From Armatimonadota bacterium (GTDB lineage Bacteria; Armatimonadota; Zipacnadia; Zipacnadales; UBA5352): a DNA stretch of 42,608 bases. Below the pieces are notes generated by a model. That model saw only the letters and a program-made list of their open reading frames with translations, was not told the origin of the DNA and made no database searches. A program made the position numbers and the translations under genes. Positions 26,218 through 35,640 of the stretch are shown here, piece by piece (positions within the stretch are counted from its first letter, which is position 1; each line of letters starts with the position of its first letter). The stretch covers positions 5,424 to 48,031 of the forward strand of contig JAYENL010000036.1 of the NCBI GenBank assembly GCA_034722055.1, written 5' to 3'.

Positions 26218-27759
26218 CTACTGCGCGTACTCCACGGCCCGCGTCTCCCGGATCACTGTTACTCGGATCTGCCCGGGGTACTCCATCTCGCTCTGAATGC
26301 GCCCGGCCATCTTCTTAGCCAGCTTGTAGGCCTGGCGGTCGTCGATGTGATCGGGCTTGACCATCACGCGCAGCTCCCGGCCGGCCTGAATGGCGTAGCA
26401 GTTCTCGACGCCCTTGAAGCTCTTGGCGATGCCCTCCAGGCCCTCCAGGCGCTTCAGATACGCCTCCAGGGTCTCGCGGCGGGCGCCGGGCCGGGCGGCG
26501 GAGATGGCGTCCGCGGCCTGCACCAGGAAGGCCTCCACGCTCTCCATGGGGATCTCCTCGTGATGGGCGCCCACGGCGTGCACCACCGCCTCCGGCTCCT
26601 GGCGGCCGCGGCAGATCTCCTGACCGATCAGCGCGTGGGAGCCGTCGCGCTCGTAGTCCACGGCCTTGCCGATGTCATGCAGCAGGCCGGCGCGGCGGGC
26701 CAGGGCCGGTCGGGCGCCGCACTCCCCGGCCATGGCGCCGGCCAGGTGCGCCACCTCGATGGAGTGCTTCAGCACGTTCTGACCGTAGCTGGTGCGGAAG
26801 TGCAGCTTCCCCAGCAGGCGCACCAGGTCAGGGTGCAGGCCGGAGACGGAGGTCTCGTAGGTGGCCTCCTCGCCGGCGGACTTCATCTGCTCGTCGATCT
26901 CCTCGCGCGCCCGCTCCACGGCCTCCTCGATCCGTCCCGGGTGGATGCGCCCGTCGGCGACCAGCGCCTCCAGCGCGATGCGCGCCACCTCCCGGCGCAC
27001 CGGATCGAAGGCGGACAGCACCACCGCCTCGGGCGTGTCATCCACGATCAGGTCCACGCCCGTGGCCTGCTCGAAGGCCCGGATGTTGCGGCCCTCGCGC
27101 CCGATGATGCGGCCCTTCATGTCGTCGCTGGGCAGCGATACCACCGATACAGTGCTCTCCGCGGTGTGATCCACCGCGCAGCGCTGGATGGCCCAGGCAA
27201 TGATCTCGTTGGCCTTCCGCTCGGCCTCCTCCTCGGCCTTGGTCATGGCCTGGCGGACGAGCTGGTTGGCGTCCTGCGCGATCTCCTCCTCCACCTCAGC
27301 CAGCAGCATCTCTTTGGCCTGGCTGCGGGTGAGTCCGGAGATGCGCTGCAGCTCCCGCTCCCGCTCAGCAAGCAGCTCCTGGGCCTGCTCCTCGCGTTGC
27401 TCGATCTCCTTCTCACGGTTGCGCAGGTTGCGGGATCGGTTGTCGATCTCAGTGCTGAGGCGCTCGATGCGGTCCTCGCGCTCCTCCAACCGGCGCTTCG
27501 TCTTGTCCAGCTCCTCGCGTTGCGACTTCATCTCCGCCTCGATCTGTTCGCGGAGCTTGAGGCTCTCCTCCTTTGCGGCCAGCCTCAGCTCTCTCCGCTC
27601 AGCCTCGATCTGCTCCCGAGCGTTCTCCTTCAGCTCCTGTGCCTCGGCCCGGTCCTCCTCGATCCGCCCCCTGGCGGCGGAGACCTGGGCGCGGTACACT
27701 ACGTATGCGATCACGGCGGATGCAGCGGCTACGATTGCGGGAAGTAGCCATGTATCCAT
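26218..27759 (-). CDS. rny: Ribonuclease Y
   Basis: N-terminal TM, coiled coil, KH ([14 protein letters not shown]), HD (LLHDIGK), [21 protein letters not shown]. Confidence 0.97.
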   Translation of the reverse strand: MDTWLLPAIVAAASAVIAYVVYRAQVSAARGRIEEDRAEAQELKENAREQIEAERRELRLAAKEESLKLREQIEAEMKSQREELDKTKRRLEEREDRIERLSTEIDNRSRNLRNREKEIEQREEQAQELLAERERELQRISGLTRSQAKEMLLAEVEEEIAQDANQLVRQAMTKAEEEAERKANEIIAWAIQRCAVDHTAESTVSVVSLPSDDMKGRIIGREGRNIRAFEQATGVDLIVDDTPEAVVLSAFDPVRREVARIALEALVADGRIHPGRIEEAVERAREEIDEQMKSAGEEATYETSVSGLHPDLVRLLGKLHFRTSYGQNVLKHSIEVAHLAGAMAGECGARPALARRAGLLHDIGKAVDYERDGSHALIGQEICRGRQEPEAVVHAVGAHHEEIPMESVEAFLVQAADAISAARPGARRETLEAYLKRLEGLEGIAKSFKGVENCYAIQAGRELRVMVKPDHIDDRQAYKLAKKMAGRIQSEMEYPGQIRVTVIRETRAVEYAQ

Positions 27760-27795
27760 TATCGGATTCTCACCTCCGTTGCGGTGAACCGGCAG

Positions 27796-28296
27796 TTACT
27801 GCTGCTCATCCAACCCTGACAGTGCCTCGTCCGTGGCCCTGAAAGCCACCCCCTGCGTGAAGCCTCGGCGACTGAGGTATCCGTACAGCCTCCTGCGCGC
27901 CGTGTCCGGCTCCACCCCCCGCAGGCGCCCGGCGCGCTCCCGCGCCACCTCCAGCGCCCACTGCAGCATATCCTCCCCCTCCAGCCGCTCGGCGACCAAT
28001 TGCTCGGCCGTCTCGCGGGGCAGTCCCTCCTGGATCAGCTTGTGCGTGAGAGCGCGTGCTCCCCTCTTCGATTGTCGAAGGAGCTCATCGATGCGGTCGC
28101 GCGCGTACTGCTCATCGTCGATGTACCCGGCCCGCTCCAGGTCGTCCAGCACCTCCTCCACCGCATCGCGGGCCAGCCCCTTGTCAAGCAGCCTTCGGGT
28201 CAGATACTCCCTCGGGCGCGCCCTGCTGGCCAGCAGCCGCAGTGCCGCCGATTTGGACTCGGCGTACTGTGGATGGCGCCCTCCCCCATCAGACAT
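27796..28296 (-). CDS. recX: Regulatory protein RecX
   Basis: ALRLLASRAR, GYIDDEQYA, G.RAL..KL..EG, YLSRRGF; directly downstream of recA. Confidence 0.9.
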   Translation of the reverse strand: MSDGGGRHPQYAESKSAALRLLASRARPREYLTRRLLDKGLARDAVEEVLDDLERAGYIDDEQYARDRIDELLRQSKRGARALTHKLIQEGLPRETAEQLVAERLEGEDMLQWALEVARERAGRLRGVEPDTARRRLYGYLSRRGFTQGVAFRATDEALSGLDEQQ

Positions 28297-28342
28297 CCTC
28301 CCACTTCCTCAGGTCAATACCTCCCATTCAGTCAGCTCCCTG

Positions 28343-29437
28343 CTACTGCTCGTCCCCGGTCTCGTCCTCGTCAGCGTCCTCGGCCTGCTCCCCCTCCTCC
28401 GCCTCTTCGGCCTCCTCGGCGCTCGGCGGCTCCTCAAGCAGCGGCAAGCCGACCTGGTCGCGAATCTTGTTCTCGATCTCCAGCGCCAGCTCGGGGTTGG
28501 CCTCCAGATACTCCACCGCGTTCTCCCGGCCCTGCCCTAGCCGCTCCTCCCCGTAGCTGTACCAGCTCCCGGCCTTCTCGATGATCTCCAGGTCAACGCC
28601 CTCATCGAGAATGCAACCCAGCCGCGAGATGCCCTTGCCGAAGATGATGTCGAACTCGCACGTCTTGAAGGGCGGCGCCACCTTGTTCTTGACCACCCGC
28701 ACGCTGGTACGGCTGCCCGTGATGTCGGTGCCGTCCTTGAGGCTCTCCCTGCGGCGGACCTCCAGCCGCACCGATGACCAGAACTTGAGTGCCCGCCCGC
28801 CCGGCGTGGTCTCCGGGTTGCCGAACATGACACCGATCTTCTCGCGAAGCTGGTTGATGAAGATGATGATGGTGCCCGCCTCGGCGCAGTGGCCGGAGAG
28901 CTTGCGCAGCGCCTGGCTCATCAGCCTGGCCTGCAGGCCGACGTGGGCATCGCCGACGTTGCCCTCCAACTCCGCCGACGGCACCAGCGCCGCCACGGAG
29001 TCAATGGCGATGACGTCCAGGGCCCCGGAGCTGATCAGCGTGTCCACAATCTCCAGGGCCTCCTCAGCCGTATCCGGCTGCGAGATCAGCAGCTCATCCA
29101 GGTCCAAGCCCAGCGCCCTGGCGTACTCCGGGCTGAAGGCGTGCTCGGCGTCAATCAGCGCCGACACGCCACCCATCCTCTGGGCCTCGGCCAGGCAGTG
29201 GTAGGCGATGGTGGTCTTCCCTGAGCCCTCCTGGCCGTAAAGCTCCACGCACCTGCCCCTGGGCAAGCCGCCGACGCCCAGCGCGATGTCCAGGGTCAGC
29301 GCCCCTGTGGGGATCGACGAGACATCCAAGTGCGACGGCTCGGCTCCAAGTCGCATCACCGACCCCTCGCCGAACTCCTTCTCGACCTGCGAGATCGCCC
29401 TCTCCAGGTTCTTTCGCTTGTCCTCTGACTTCGGCAT
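28343..29437 (-). CDS. recA: Recombinase A
   Basis: [16 protein letters not shown] (Walker A), [53 protein letters not shown]; acidic C-tail. Confidence 0.99.
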   Translation of the reverse strand: MPKSEDKRKNLERAISQVEKEFGEGSVMRLGAEPSHLDVSSIPTGALTLDIALGVGGLPRGRCVELYGQEGSGKTTIAYHCLAEAQRMGGVSALIDAEHAFSPEYARALGLDLDELLISQPDTAEEALEIVDTLISSGALDVIAIDSVAALVPSAELEGNVGDAHVGLQARLMSQALRKLSGHCAEAGTIIIFINQLREKIGVMFGNPETTPGGRALKFWSSVRLEVRRRESLKDGTDITGSRTSVRVVKNKVAPPFKTCEFDIIFGKGISRLGCILDEGVDLEIIEKAGSWYSYGEERLGQGRENAVEYLEANPELALEIENKIRDQVGLPLLEEPPSAEEAEEAEEGEQAEDADEDETGDEQ

Positions 29438-29488
29438 GGCCCCCTGATCCTCCCTGTGCGTCGGAGTGCACGCGCGGTCCGTCTGTGG

Positions 29489-30079
29489 TCACTCGCTCAA
29501 CTCGAATCGCTCCCGCTCGGTGTACACCGGTCCCTGCGGCGTTAGGTCGCTGGAAATCAACACGAAGTGGTCAACGTCCATGCAGCCCACCGGCGCCTCG
29601 CTCAGCCGCTCGATGGCGTCGCGGAGGGCCCTCCCGCCGCGGCGGTCCTTGACCCGTCCCACCGTGAAGTGCGCCGTGAAGGGGTGCCGATCCGCCTCGG
29701 CCAGCCCGGCCTCCTGCAGGGCCTCATCCAGGCGCGTGGCCAGCCTCGTCAGCTCCGGGCACTCCCGCGAGACCCCCAGCCAGATGATGCGCGGGGCGCC
29801 GCGGGGCGGGAAGCAGCCCACGCCACACACCTCCAGCGACATCGGCCCCACGCCCTCGGCCGCGCGCTCGGCGATCCGGCAGACGCGCTGGAGCTCCCCC
29901 GCACGGGTGTCGCCCAGGAACTTCAGCGTCATGTGCAGATTCGGCCGCTCCACCCACTTGATGCGCGGCCTCCGCCGGCAGGCCCCGGCCAGCTCATCCC
30001 GCAGGGCACAGGCGCTATCGCGCAGCGCCTCCGCCAGCGGCACCGCAAAGAACAGCCGCAGCCTCTCCTCGTCACCCAT
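29489..30079 (-). CDS. thpR: RNA 2',3'-cyclic phosphodiesterase (2H family, 2'-5' RNA ligase)
   Basis: RLFFAV, HMTLKFLG and HFTVGR (two HxT motifs), SDLTPQGPVY. Confidence 0.93.
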   Translation of the reverse strand: MGDEERLRLFFAVPLAEALRDSACALRDELAGACRRRPRIKWVERPNLHMTLKFLGDTRAGELQRVCRIAERAAEGVGPMSLEVCGVGCFPPRGAPRIIWLGVSRECPELTRLATRLDEALQEAGLAEADRHPFTAHFTVGRVKDRRGGRALRDAIERLSEAPVGCMDVDHFVLISSDLTPQGPVYTERERFELSE

Positions 30080-31332
30080 CAGCTCACCTCAATGCCCAAC
30101 ACGCGCTTGCGCAGCACATTCAGGGCGTGCTGACTCACCCGCCTTTTGAACTGGTCTCGCGTGCCCGGCCAGTTCTGCTTCACGCAGTGGGCCCCGGTGG
30201 CGTCGGCCACCGCGATGAAGACCAGCCCCACCGGCTTCTCGGGCGTCCCACCGGTGGGTCCGGCGATGCCGGTGGTGGCCACGGCGTAGTCGGCCCCGTA
30301 GTAGTCTCGCACACCCCTGACCATCGCCAGGGCGGTGGGCTCGGAGACCGCGCCGTGCTCGGCCAGCGTCTGTTCGGGGACCCCCAGCACCCGATGCTTG
30401 ACGTCATTGGCGTAGGCCACCACGCCGCCGAGAAAGTAGTCCGAGGAGCCGGAGACGTCGGTGATGCGGCTGCAGATCAGGCCCCCAGTGCAGCTCTCGG
30501 CCACCGCCAGGGTGGCCCCGGCCTCCCGAAGCGCCTTGCCCACCGCCACCTCCATGGTCTCGCCGTCCACGCCGTAGATGTAGCGCCCCACGCGCTGGCG
30601 CAGCCTTTCCTCCAGCTCATCCAGCTTCGCGCCCGCCTCTTCCTCGGAGGTGGATTTGGTGGCCAGCCTGAGGGTGACCTCGCCGGGGGAGGCATACGGG
30701 GCGACGGTGGGGTCGGTCTGCTCGCTGATGATGTCGTCGATCTGGGCCGCCAGCGAGGACTCCCCGATGTCGGCCATCCGCAGCACGCGGGTGAAGACCG
30801 CAGCGGCCTGCCGCTCCTGGCGCTCCACCAGATAGGGGATGACCTCCCGCTGCATCATCTCCCGCATCTCGGGGGGCGGTCCGGGGACGGCGATGATGAC
30901 CCGGTCCTGATGCTCGACGAGCAGGCCGGGGGCGGTGCCGCAGGTGTTCTCCAGCAGCCGCCCGCCCTCGGGGACGGTGGTCTGCTTGAGATTGTTGGGC
31001 GTGGGCGTGTAACCGCGGCGGGCGAAGAACTCCCGCAGACGCTTCTCGCCCTCCGGATCGGCCCGCAGGGGACGCCCGGTGACCTCCGCGACGCTCTCGC
31101 GTGTGAGGTCATCCTGCGTGGGGCCCAGTCCGCCGCAGATGAGGACGGCGTCGCTTCGCGATAGAGCCAGCTCGAGGACCGATACTATCCGTTCGAGGTT
31201 ATCGCCGACCGTGTGCCCGAAATGCACGTCCACCCCGATCTCGGCCAACCTCTGCGACATGTACACGGCATTGGTGTCAACTATCTCCCCGAGCAGTAGC
31301 TCCGTGCCAACGGAAACTAGCTCAGCTCTCAA
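30079..31332 (-). CDS. cinA: Competence/damage-inducible protein CinA (MoCF-like + PncC NMN deamidase)
   Basis: Probable TTG start at 31332 (LRAELVSVGTELLLGEIVDTNA); GGLGPTQDDLTRE, PGPPPEM, AVAESCTGG, GAVSE, TTGIAGPTGGTPEKPVG. Confidence 0.95.
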   Translation of the reverse strand: MRAELVSVGTELLLGEIVDTNAVYMSQRLAEIGVDVHFGHTVGDNLERIVSVLELALSRSDAVLICGGLGPTQDDLTRESVAEVTGRPLRADPEGEKRLREFFARRGYTPTPNNLKQTTVPEGGRLLENTCGTAPGLLVEHQDRVIIAVPGPPPEMREMMQREVIPYLVERQERQAAAVFTRVLRMADIGESSLAAQIDDIISEQTDPTVAPYASPGEVTLRLATKSTSEEEAGAKLDELEERLRQRVGRYIYGVDGETMEVAVGKALREAGATLAVAESCTGGLICSRITDVSGSSDYFLGGVVAYANDVKHRVLGVPEQTLAEHGAVSEPTALAMVRGVRDYYGADYAVATTGIAGPTGGTPEKPVGLVFIAVADATGAHCVKQNWPGTRDQFKRRVSQHALNVLRKRVLGIEVS

Positions 31333-31452
31333 CTTCGTATTGTCCCATCCTCGAGGCGACAGTCCGTGCCGCCTCGATCTATATGACCATTCCCCGGTCA
31401 CCGCCGCGGGCCGGGCGGTCCCACTGGCTCGCGGCTGCGGGGCAGTAGCCGC

Positions 31453-31482
31453 AGTATACTAATCCGCTCGTGCAAGTGTCAA
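31453..31482 (-). promoter_or_regulatory. Putative sigmaA promoter for the cinA-recA operon
   Basis: Minus strand TTGACA (31482-31477), 18-nt spacer, TATACT (31458-31453). Confidence 0.7.
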
Positions 31483-31694
31483 ACGTCTTGAGATGCCCTC
31501 TTCCTCACGGCCCTGGCGATCACCTCCCCCGGGGCGGTCTCCGCGCACCTGGGGTGCCCCTCCGTCGGGCCGGGCAGGTGAATGCCCGCGCGAGTGGAAT
31601 AGCCTTAGCGGAGCAGAGCCTGTCGTCGTGGAGATGTCCGGTGGCATCCCTTAGGAGTTGGCCCCTGGCCAACTGCATCGTGGAGGTGTGGACG

Positions 31695-32213
31695 ATGGAC
31701 TTCAGGGAGCGAATCCAGCGCGATCCCAACCCGCTGCAGAAGCTCGTCGATGCCATTCCCGGGTTCTCGGGCTACGTGGAGCGCGAGCAGCGCCGCGGGG
31801 CGGACAAGATGCTCCGGGAGTTCCTCGCCGATGAGATCGATGAGGCCGTGGAGCGGCTGGAGCGCCTCGCCAGCGACTGGTCGCATGGGGGGAAGATCGA
31901 TATGATGGACGATCTGGAGCAGGTCGCCGGACGGCTGCGGCGCGCCGGCGACAACCTCCGCTACGCCGACTACGGCTACTCCGGATTCTTCGACCTGGTG
32001 CGGATCAACGAGGAGGACCTGCACCGCTTCTACGAGTACGACCTGTCGCTGCGCAGCTTCATCGCCGACATTCAGGACGACGCTGCCGAGCTGGCGGACG
32101 CCGACGACGAGGATGAGATGGCGGATATGCTCGCCGGCCTCGACGAGGACATCGACGCGCTGGCGGAGATGATCGACGAGCGCGAGAGCGTAGCGACCGA
32201 TCTCGTTCCCTGA
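31695..32213 (+). CDS. Helical hypothetical protein, first gene of the SPFH operon, 172 aa
   Basis: GGAGG SD before ATG 31695; IPGFSGY.ERE.RR.ADK.LR and YADYGYSGFFD motifs; acidic helical C-terminus. Confidence 0.8.
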   Translation: MDFRERIQRDPNPLQKLVDAIPGFSGYVEREQRRGADKMLREFLADEIDEAVERLERLASDWSHGGKIDMMDDLEQVAGRLRRAGDNLRYADYGYSGFFDLVRINEEDLHRFYEYDLSLRSFIADIQDDAAELADADDEDEMADMLAGLDEDIDALAEMIDERESVATDLVP

Positions 32214-32222
32214 GGACGCAGC

Positions 32223-32681
32223 ATGGCACCGCGACGCTGGCTGGAGCTGGGCGATCAGTTCCTCCTCGACGACGCCGACTGGGAGGTCGTCGAGGTTCTA
32301 GCCGTGCGGGGCGTCCGCCGCAGCCTCCGGCTGGCGCGGGTGCAGCCGGTGCTGGGGGGGCAGCCCCGGCTGCTGCTGCAGACCGAGGACGCCCTGTTCG
32401 AGGCCGAGCCCGCCTCCCCGGAGGACTTCGGTGAGAGCGTGGCCCACCTGGAGGCCGGCAGCTACCGGCGCCAGTGGAGCGACGAGGCGAACATCGAACG
32501 GGCCCGCGGTGACACCGGCCGCCGCTTCACACGTGGGACGTGCACGTGGTACGCCGCCGAGGACGGCTCGGTGGCGCTGGTCATCGACGACACCGACGAG
32601 CAGGCCGTAGTGGGCGCGCCCCTGGCACCCGCCCGCATCGATCTGAGCTTCACCGACTCGCGCAGAGGAGGTCGCGACTGA
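32223..32681 (+). CDS. Hypothetical beta-rich protein, possibly DUF4178-like
   Basis: 9 nt after the previous stop; its stop overlaps the next start; 'LELGDQF...WEVV', 'YRRQWSDEA', 'WYAAEDG' loosely resemble DUF4178. Confidence 0.55.
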   Translation: MAPRRWLELGDQFLLDDADWEVVEVLAVRGVRRSLRLARVQPVLGGQPRLLLQTEDALFEAEPASPEDFGESVAHLEAGSYRRQWSDEANIERARGDTGRRFTRGTCTWYAAEDGSVALVIDDTDEQAVVGAPLAPARIDLSFTDSRRGGRD

Positions 32682-33718
32682 TGGCCATCGATGTTGTTGA
32701 GTGGACCGACTTCACCGGCGATGAGATCGTGCACCGCTGGCCGCAGCACGGGCAGGCGGACATCACCCTGGGCGCCCAGCTCACCGTTCGCGAGAGCCAG
32801 GCCGCCGTCTTCTTCCGCGACGGCCGGGCCCTGGACGTCTTCGGCCCCGGCCGGCACACCCTCACCACCGCCAACCTGCCGCTGCTGCGAGGCCTCATCA
32901 ACATCCCCTTCGGAGGCAGGACGCCCTTCCAGGCCGAGGTCTACTTCGTCAACATGCGCACCTTCACCAACCTCAAGTGGGGCACGCCCTCGCCGGTCAT
33001 CTTCCGCGATGATGACCTCGGCGCGGTTCGCCTCCGCGCCTACGGGCTCTTCACCATGCGCGTGGACGACCCGCAGCTCTTCGTCAACAGGGTGGTGGGC
33101 ACCGAGCACCGCTACAGCACCGAGGCTGTGGCCTCCTGGCTGCGGGACTTCATCGTCTCCCGCTTCAACGACATGCTCGGCGAGACGCTGGACTCGGTCT
33201 TCGACCTCGCCAGCCGCTACGACGAGCTCGGGGCGGCCACCAAGGCCCGGCTCACCAGCGACTTCCGCAACTACGGGATGGTGCTGGAGGACTTCCTCAT
33301 CGACGCCGTCACCCCGCCCGATGAGGTCAATCGCATGATCGACGAGCGCTCCGCCATGGGCGCGGTCGGCGACATGGAGCAGTTCACCCGCTACCGCACC
33401 GCCCAGGCCATCGGCGATCTGGCGCGGGCCGGCGGGGATGGCGGAACAGCGGCAGCCACCGGCGCGGGCCTGGGGCTGGGCGTGACCATGGCGCAACTGA
33501 TGGCCCAGGCCCTCAACCCCCAGCAGGCTCACCAGCCCGGGGTGGCGGCGCCGCCGGCCACCACCTGCCCCAACGGCCACGTGGTCGCCAAGGGCGCCAA
33601 GTTCTGCCCTGAGTGTGGCGCGGCGATCGAGCAGCAGCAGGTCCGCACCTGCCCCAACGGCCACCCCGTCCCCCCGGAGGCCAGGTTCTGCCCCGAGTGC
33701 GGCGCGGAGGTGGAGTGA
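32681..33718 (+). CDS. SPFH/band-7 domain protein (YdjI-like) with C-terminal double zinc ribbon
   Basis: GAQLTVRESQAAVFFRDG..LDVFGPGRHTL.T.NLP, PFQAEVYFVN, KWGTPSP, VRLRAYG; C-terminal CPNGH...KFCPECG and CPNGH...RFCPECG. Confidence 0.9.
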   Translation: MAIDVVEWTDFTGDEIVHRWPQHGQADITLGAQLTVRESQAAVFFRDGRALDVFGPGRHTLTTANLPLLRGLINIPFGGRTPFQAEVYFVNMRTFTNLKWGTPSPVIFRDDDLGAVRLRAYGLFTMRVDDPQLFVNRVVGTEHRYSTEAVASWLRDFIVSRFNDMLGETLDSVFDLASRYDELGAATKARLTSDFRNYGMVLEDFLIDAVTPPDEVNRMIDERSAMGAVGDMEQFTRYRTAQAIGDLARAGGDGGTAAATGAGLGLGVTMAQLMAQALNPQQAHQPGVAAPPATTCPNGHVVAKGAKFCPECGAAIEQQQVRTCPNGHPVPPEARFCPECGAEVE

Positions 33719-33878
33719 CGCCAGTAGACCGGGACCTGTAGGGGCTTCGGTAAAAGGCAACCACAACCACCTCTGCTGGCAGCCTGTCTGTGTGCCTCAG
33801 TACACCGGCTGGTGGCGGGTCCCCTGCGTCACCTCGTGTTCTGCTGTCGCACGGTGCTCGACCGGGAGGTCCGCATTG

Positions 33879-33907
33879 TTGCGCCAGTGGGCTTGCTCGG
33901 GTAGAAT
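33879..33907 (+). promoter_or_regulatory. Putative sigma70 promoter for the toxin-antitoxin pair
   Basis: TTGCGC (33879-33884), 17-nt spacer, TAGAAT (33902-33907). Confidence 0.55.
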
Positions 33908-33952
33908 GGGGGTGAGCATACTATCATCGCGGGAGAGGGGGCGCAGAGTATC

Positions 33953-34660
33953 ATGACCAGGACGGTCATCGGGCGAGGAATCTATACGCCAAAGCAGGTC
34001 GCCCGTCTGGTGAATCTGCGTCTGGACAGCGATTTCGGGGAGGACCAGATCGATCGCTGGGCCAGAGGCTATCACCGTGCGGGGCGCGATTACGCTCCTG
34101 TGATCGTGCCGGAACTCGATGGTGACAGACGACTTGTGACCTTCCTCGACTTCGTTGAGCTTTTCTTTGTGGGTTTCTTCCGTCATCAAGGTCTTTCACT
34201 GCAGGTCATACGAGCCGCGGCAAGAGAGGGTGGAAAGCTCTTCAGCACAGATCATCCGTTCGCGGTGAAGAGCTTCCGCACGGATGGTCAGAGCATCTTT
34301 GCCGAACTGGAGCGTACACGGGCCGCAAGTATTGGCTTGCCCGCCGAGCGCCTGATTGAGGAACTCCACATCGCACAGATGGTTTTCCCCGACATGGTGG
34401 AGCCCTACTTCGAGGACATCGACTGGGGGGATGTCGAAGCTGAGGCCTACTGGCCTTGCGGCCATGACGGGCGCATCGTGCTCGATCCGACACGCTCATT
34501 CGGCCAGCCGATTGACGATCTCACGGGTGTGCCGACTGAGGCACTCTACTCGTTTGTCACCGCTGGCGATGATCCAGAGATGGTCGCTGACTGGTACGGA
34601 ATACCTCTGGCTGCGGTCGAGGCTGCAGTGGAGTTTGAGCACGCGCTTCGCTCAGCATGA
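33953..34660 (+). CDS. Putative antitoxin, HTH + DUF433 (VapB45-like)
   Basis: GIYTPKQVARLV..IDRWARGY, LVTFLDFVEL, GLSLQVIR, HPFA; C-terminal IVLDPTRSFGQPI...GVPTEAL...VADWYGI...VEAAVEFE. Confidence 0.85.
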   Translation: MTRTVIGRGIYTPKQVARLVNLRLDSDFGEDQIDRWARGYHRAGRDYAPVIVPELDGDRRLVTFLDFVELFFVGFFRHQGLSLQVIRAAAREGGKLFSTDHPFAVKSFRTDGQSIFAELERTRAASIGLPAERLIEELHIAQMVFPDMVEPYFEDIDWGDVEAEAYWPCGHDGRIVLDPTRSFGQPIDDLTGVPTEALYSFVTAGDDPEMVADWYGIPLAAVEAAVEFEHALRSA

Positions 34661-35055
34661 GGTTTGTCATCGACGAATGTCTGCCACAGGCGCTGGCGAG
34701 ACTTCTGGATCGTCACGGCCGATTCCCCGTTGACCACGTATTCGATCATCGAGCGCCAGGTGAAGGCGATTTCGGCATCAAGGCGATGGCCGCTGAGCAA
34801 GGCTTCATCGTCGTAACCAGAGACAGTACATTCATCCCGAGCAGGACAATCCAGCGGACATACCTCGACGAGAAGCTGTCTTGCGTCATCCTCACGGCAG
34901 CCCTCGCCGAAGCTGGTAGGAATGAACTGGAGGCCTGGCTCCTCAAACACTGGGCGCGCATTGAGGACACCTTCGACGGAGCGCCGAGGCCCACCGTTGT
35001 TCGCGCGTATCGTGATGGCCGGCTGGACGTGGAGAGCGAGGCACGGGATGAGTAA
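34657..35055 (+). CDS. Putative PIN-domain toxin (DUF5615/VapC45-like)
   Basis: ATGA overlap with the antitoxin; MRFVIDECLP, GEGD, IVVTRD acidic PIN residues. Confidence 0.85.
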   Translation: MRFVIDECLPQALARLLDRHGRFPVDHVFDHRAPGEGDFGIKAMAAEQGFIVVTRDSTFIPSRTIQRTYLDEKLSCVILTAALAEAGRNELEAWLLKHWARIEDTFDGAPRPTVVRAYRDGRLDVESEARDE

Positions 35056-35626
35056 GATCACCGTCGTCGCACTCGTCGGCAGCCCCCGGAAGGGCGGGAA
35101 CACTGATCTGATGACTGACGCCTTCCTCGAGGGCGCGAAGTCCGAGGGGGCCGAGGTGGAGAAGATCGTCCTCGATGATCTGCACATCCGCCCCATCGGG
35201 CCGGTGGGCGACGTCTGGGAGGAGCGCGAGGATGTGCGGGCCGACGATGACGCCCCCCAGGTCCTGCACAAGATGGCCCAGGCCGACATCGTGGTCTTCG
35301 CCAGCCCCGTCTACTGGCAGGGCGTCACCGCCCAGATGAAGTGCCTCATCGACCGCCAGAGCGCCTACTACATGGCGCCCTGGCTGCGCCAGGGCATGGA
35401 GGGCTCGGGCTTCTTTGCCATCACCGCCTGGGGCGCGCCGAATGAGGACCAGAGCCACTGGGTCACTGAGCCGGTCAAGTTCTGGGCGCAGGGCTTCAAG
35501 GCGCGCTACCTCGGCGAGGTGGGCGCCAACGTGGCGGAGTGGGGCAAGGTCGCCGACATGCCCGGCAAGCTCCAGGAGGCCCGCGAGAGGGGCGCCCAGG
35601 CCGTGCGTGAGATGCGCCGAAGCTAG
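35048..35626 (+). CDS. Flavodoxin-fold NAD(P)H-dependent FMN reductase / iron-sulfur-flavoprotein-like, 192 aa
   Basis: GSPRKGGNT, ADIVVFASPVYW..VTAQMKCLIDR; lacks the Cys cluster motif. Confidence 0.88.
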   Translation: MSKITVVALVGSPRKGGNTDLMTDAFLEGAKSEGAEVEKIVLDDLHIRPIGPVGDVWEEREDVRADDDAPQVLHKMAQADIVVFASPVYWQGVTAQMKCLIDRQSAYYMAPWLRQGMEGSGFFAITAWGAPNEDQSHWVTEPVKFWAQGFKARYLGEVGANVAEWGKVADMPGKLQEARERGAQAVREMRRS

Positions 35627-35640
35627 CGGGAGGACATGGC

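Noticed and set aside
25309..27747. 812-aa plus-strand ORF and similar long antisense ORFs (5533-7482, 7529-9256, 21131-22717, 32462-33766, 38817-40319)
   Set aside because: Each lies opposite a well-supported gene; composition is typical of reverse-complement frames.
31590..31630. Possible ECF-sigma promoter (GGAATA...GTCGTC) upstream of the SPFH operon
   Set aside because: Spacing does not fit the common ECF consensus well enough to call.
33745..33830. Peptide KGNHNHLCWQPVCVPQY faintly like the IS200 TnpA N-terminus, upstream of the TA pair
   Set aside because: Too short and degenerate; no HUH motif or continuing frame.
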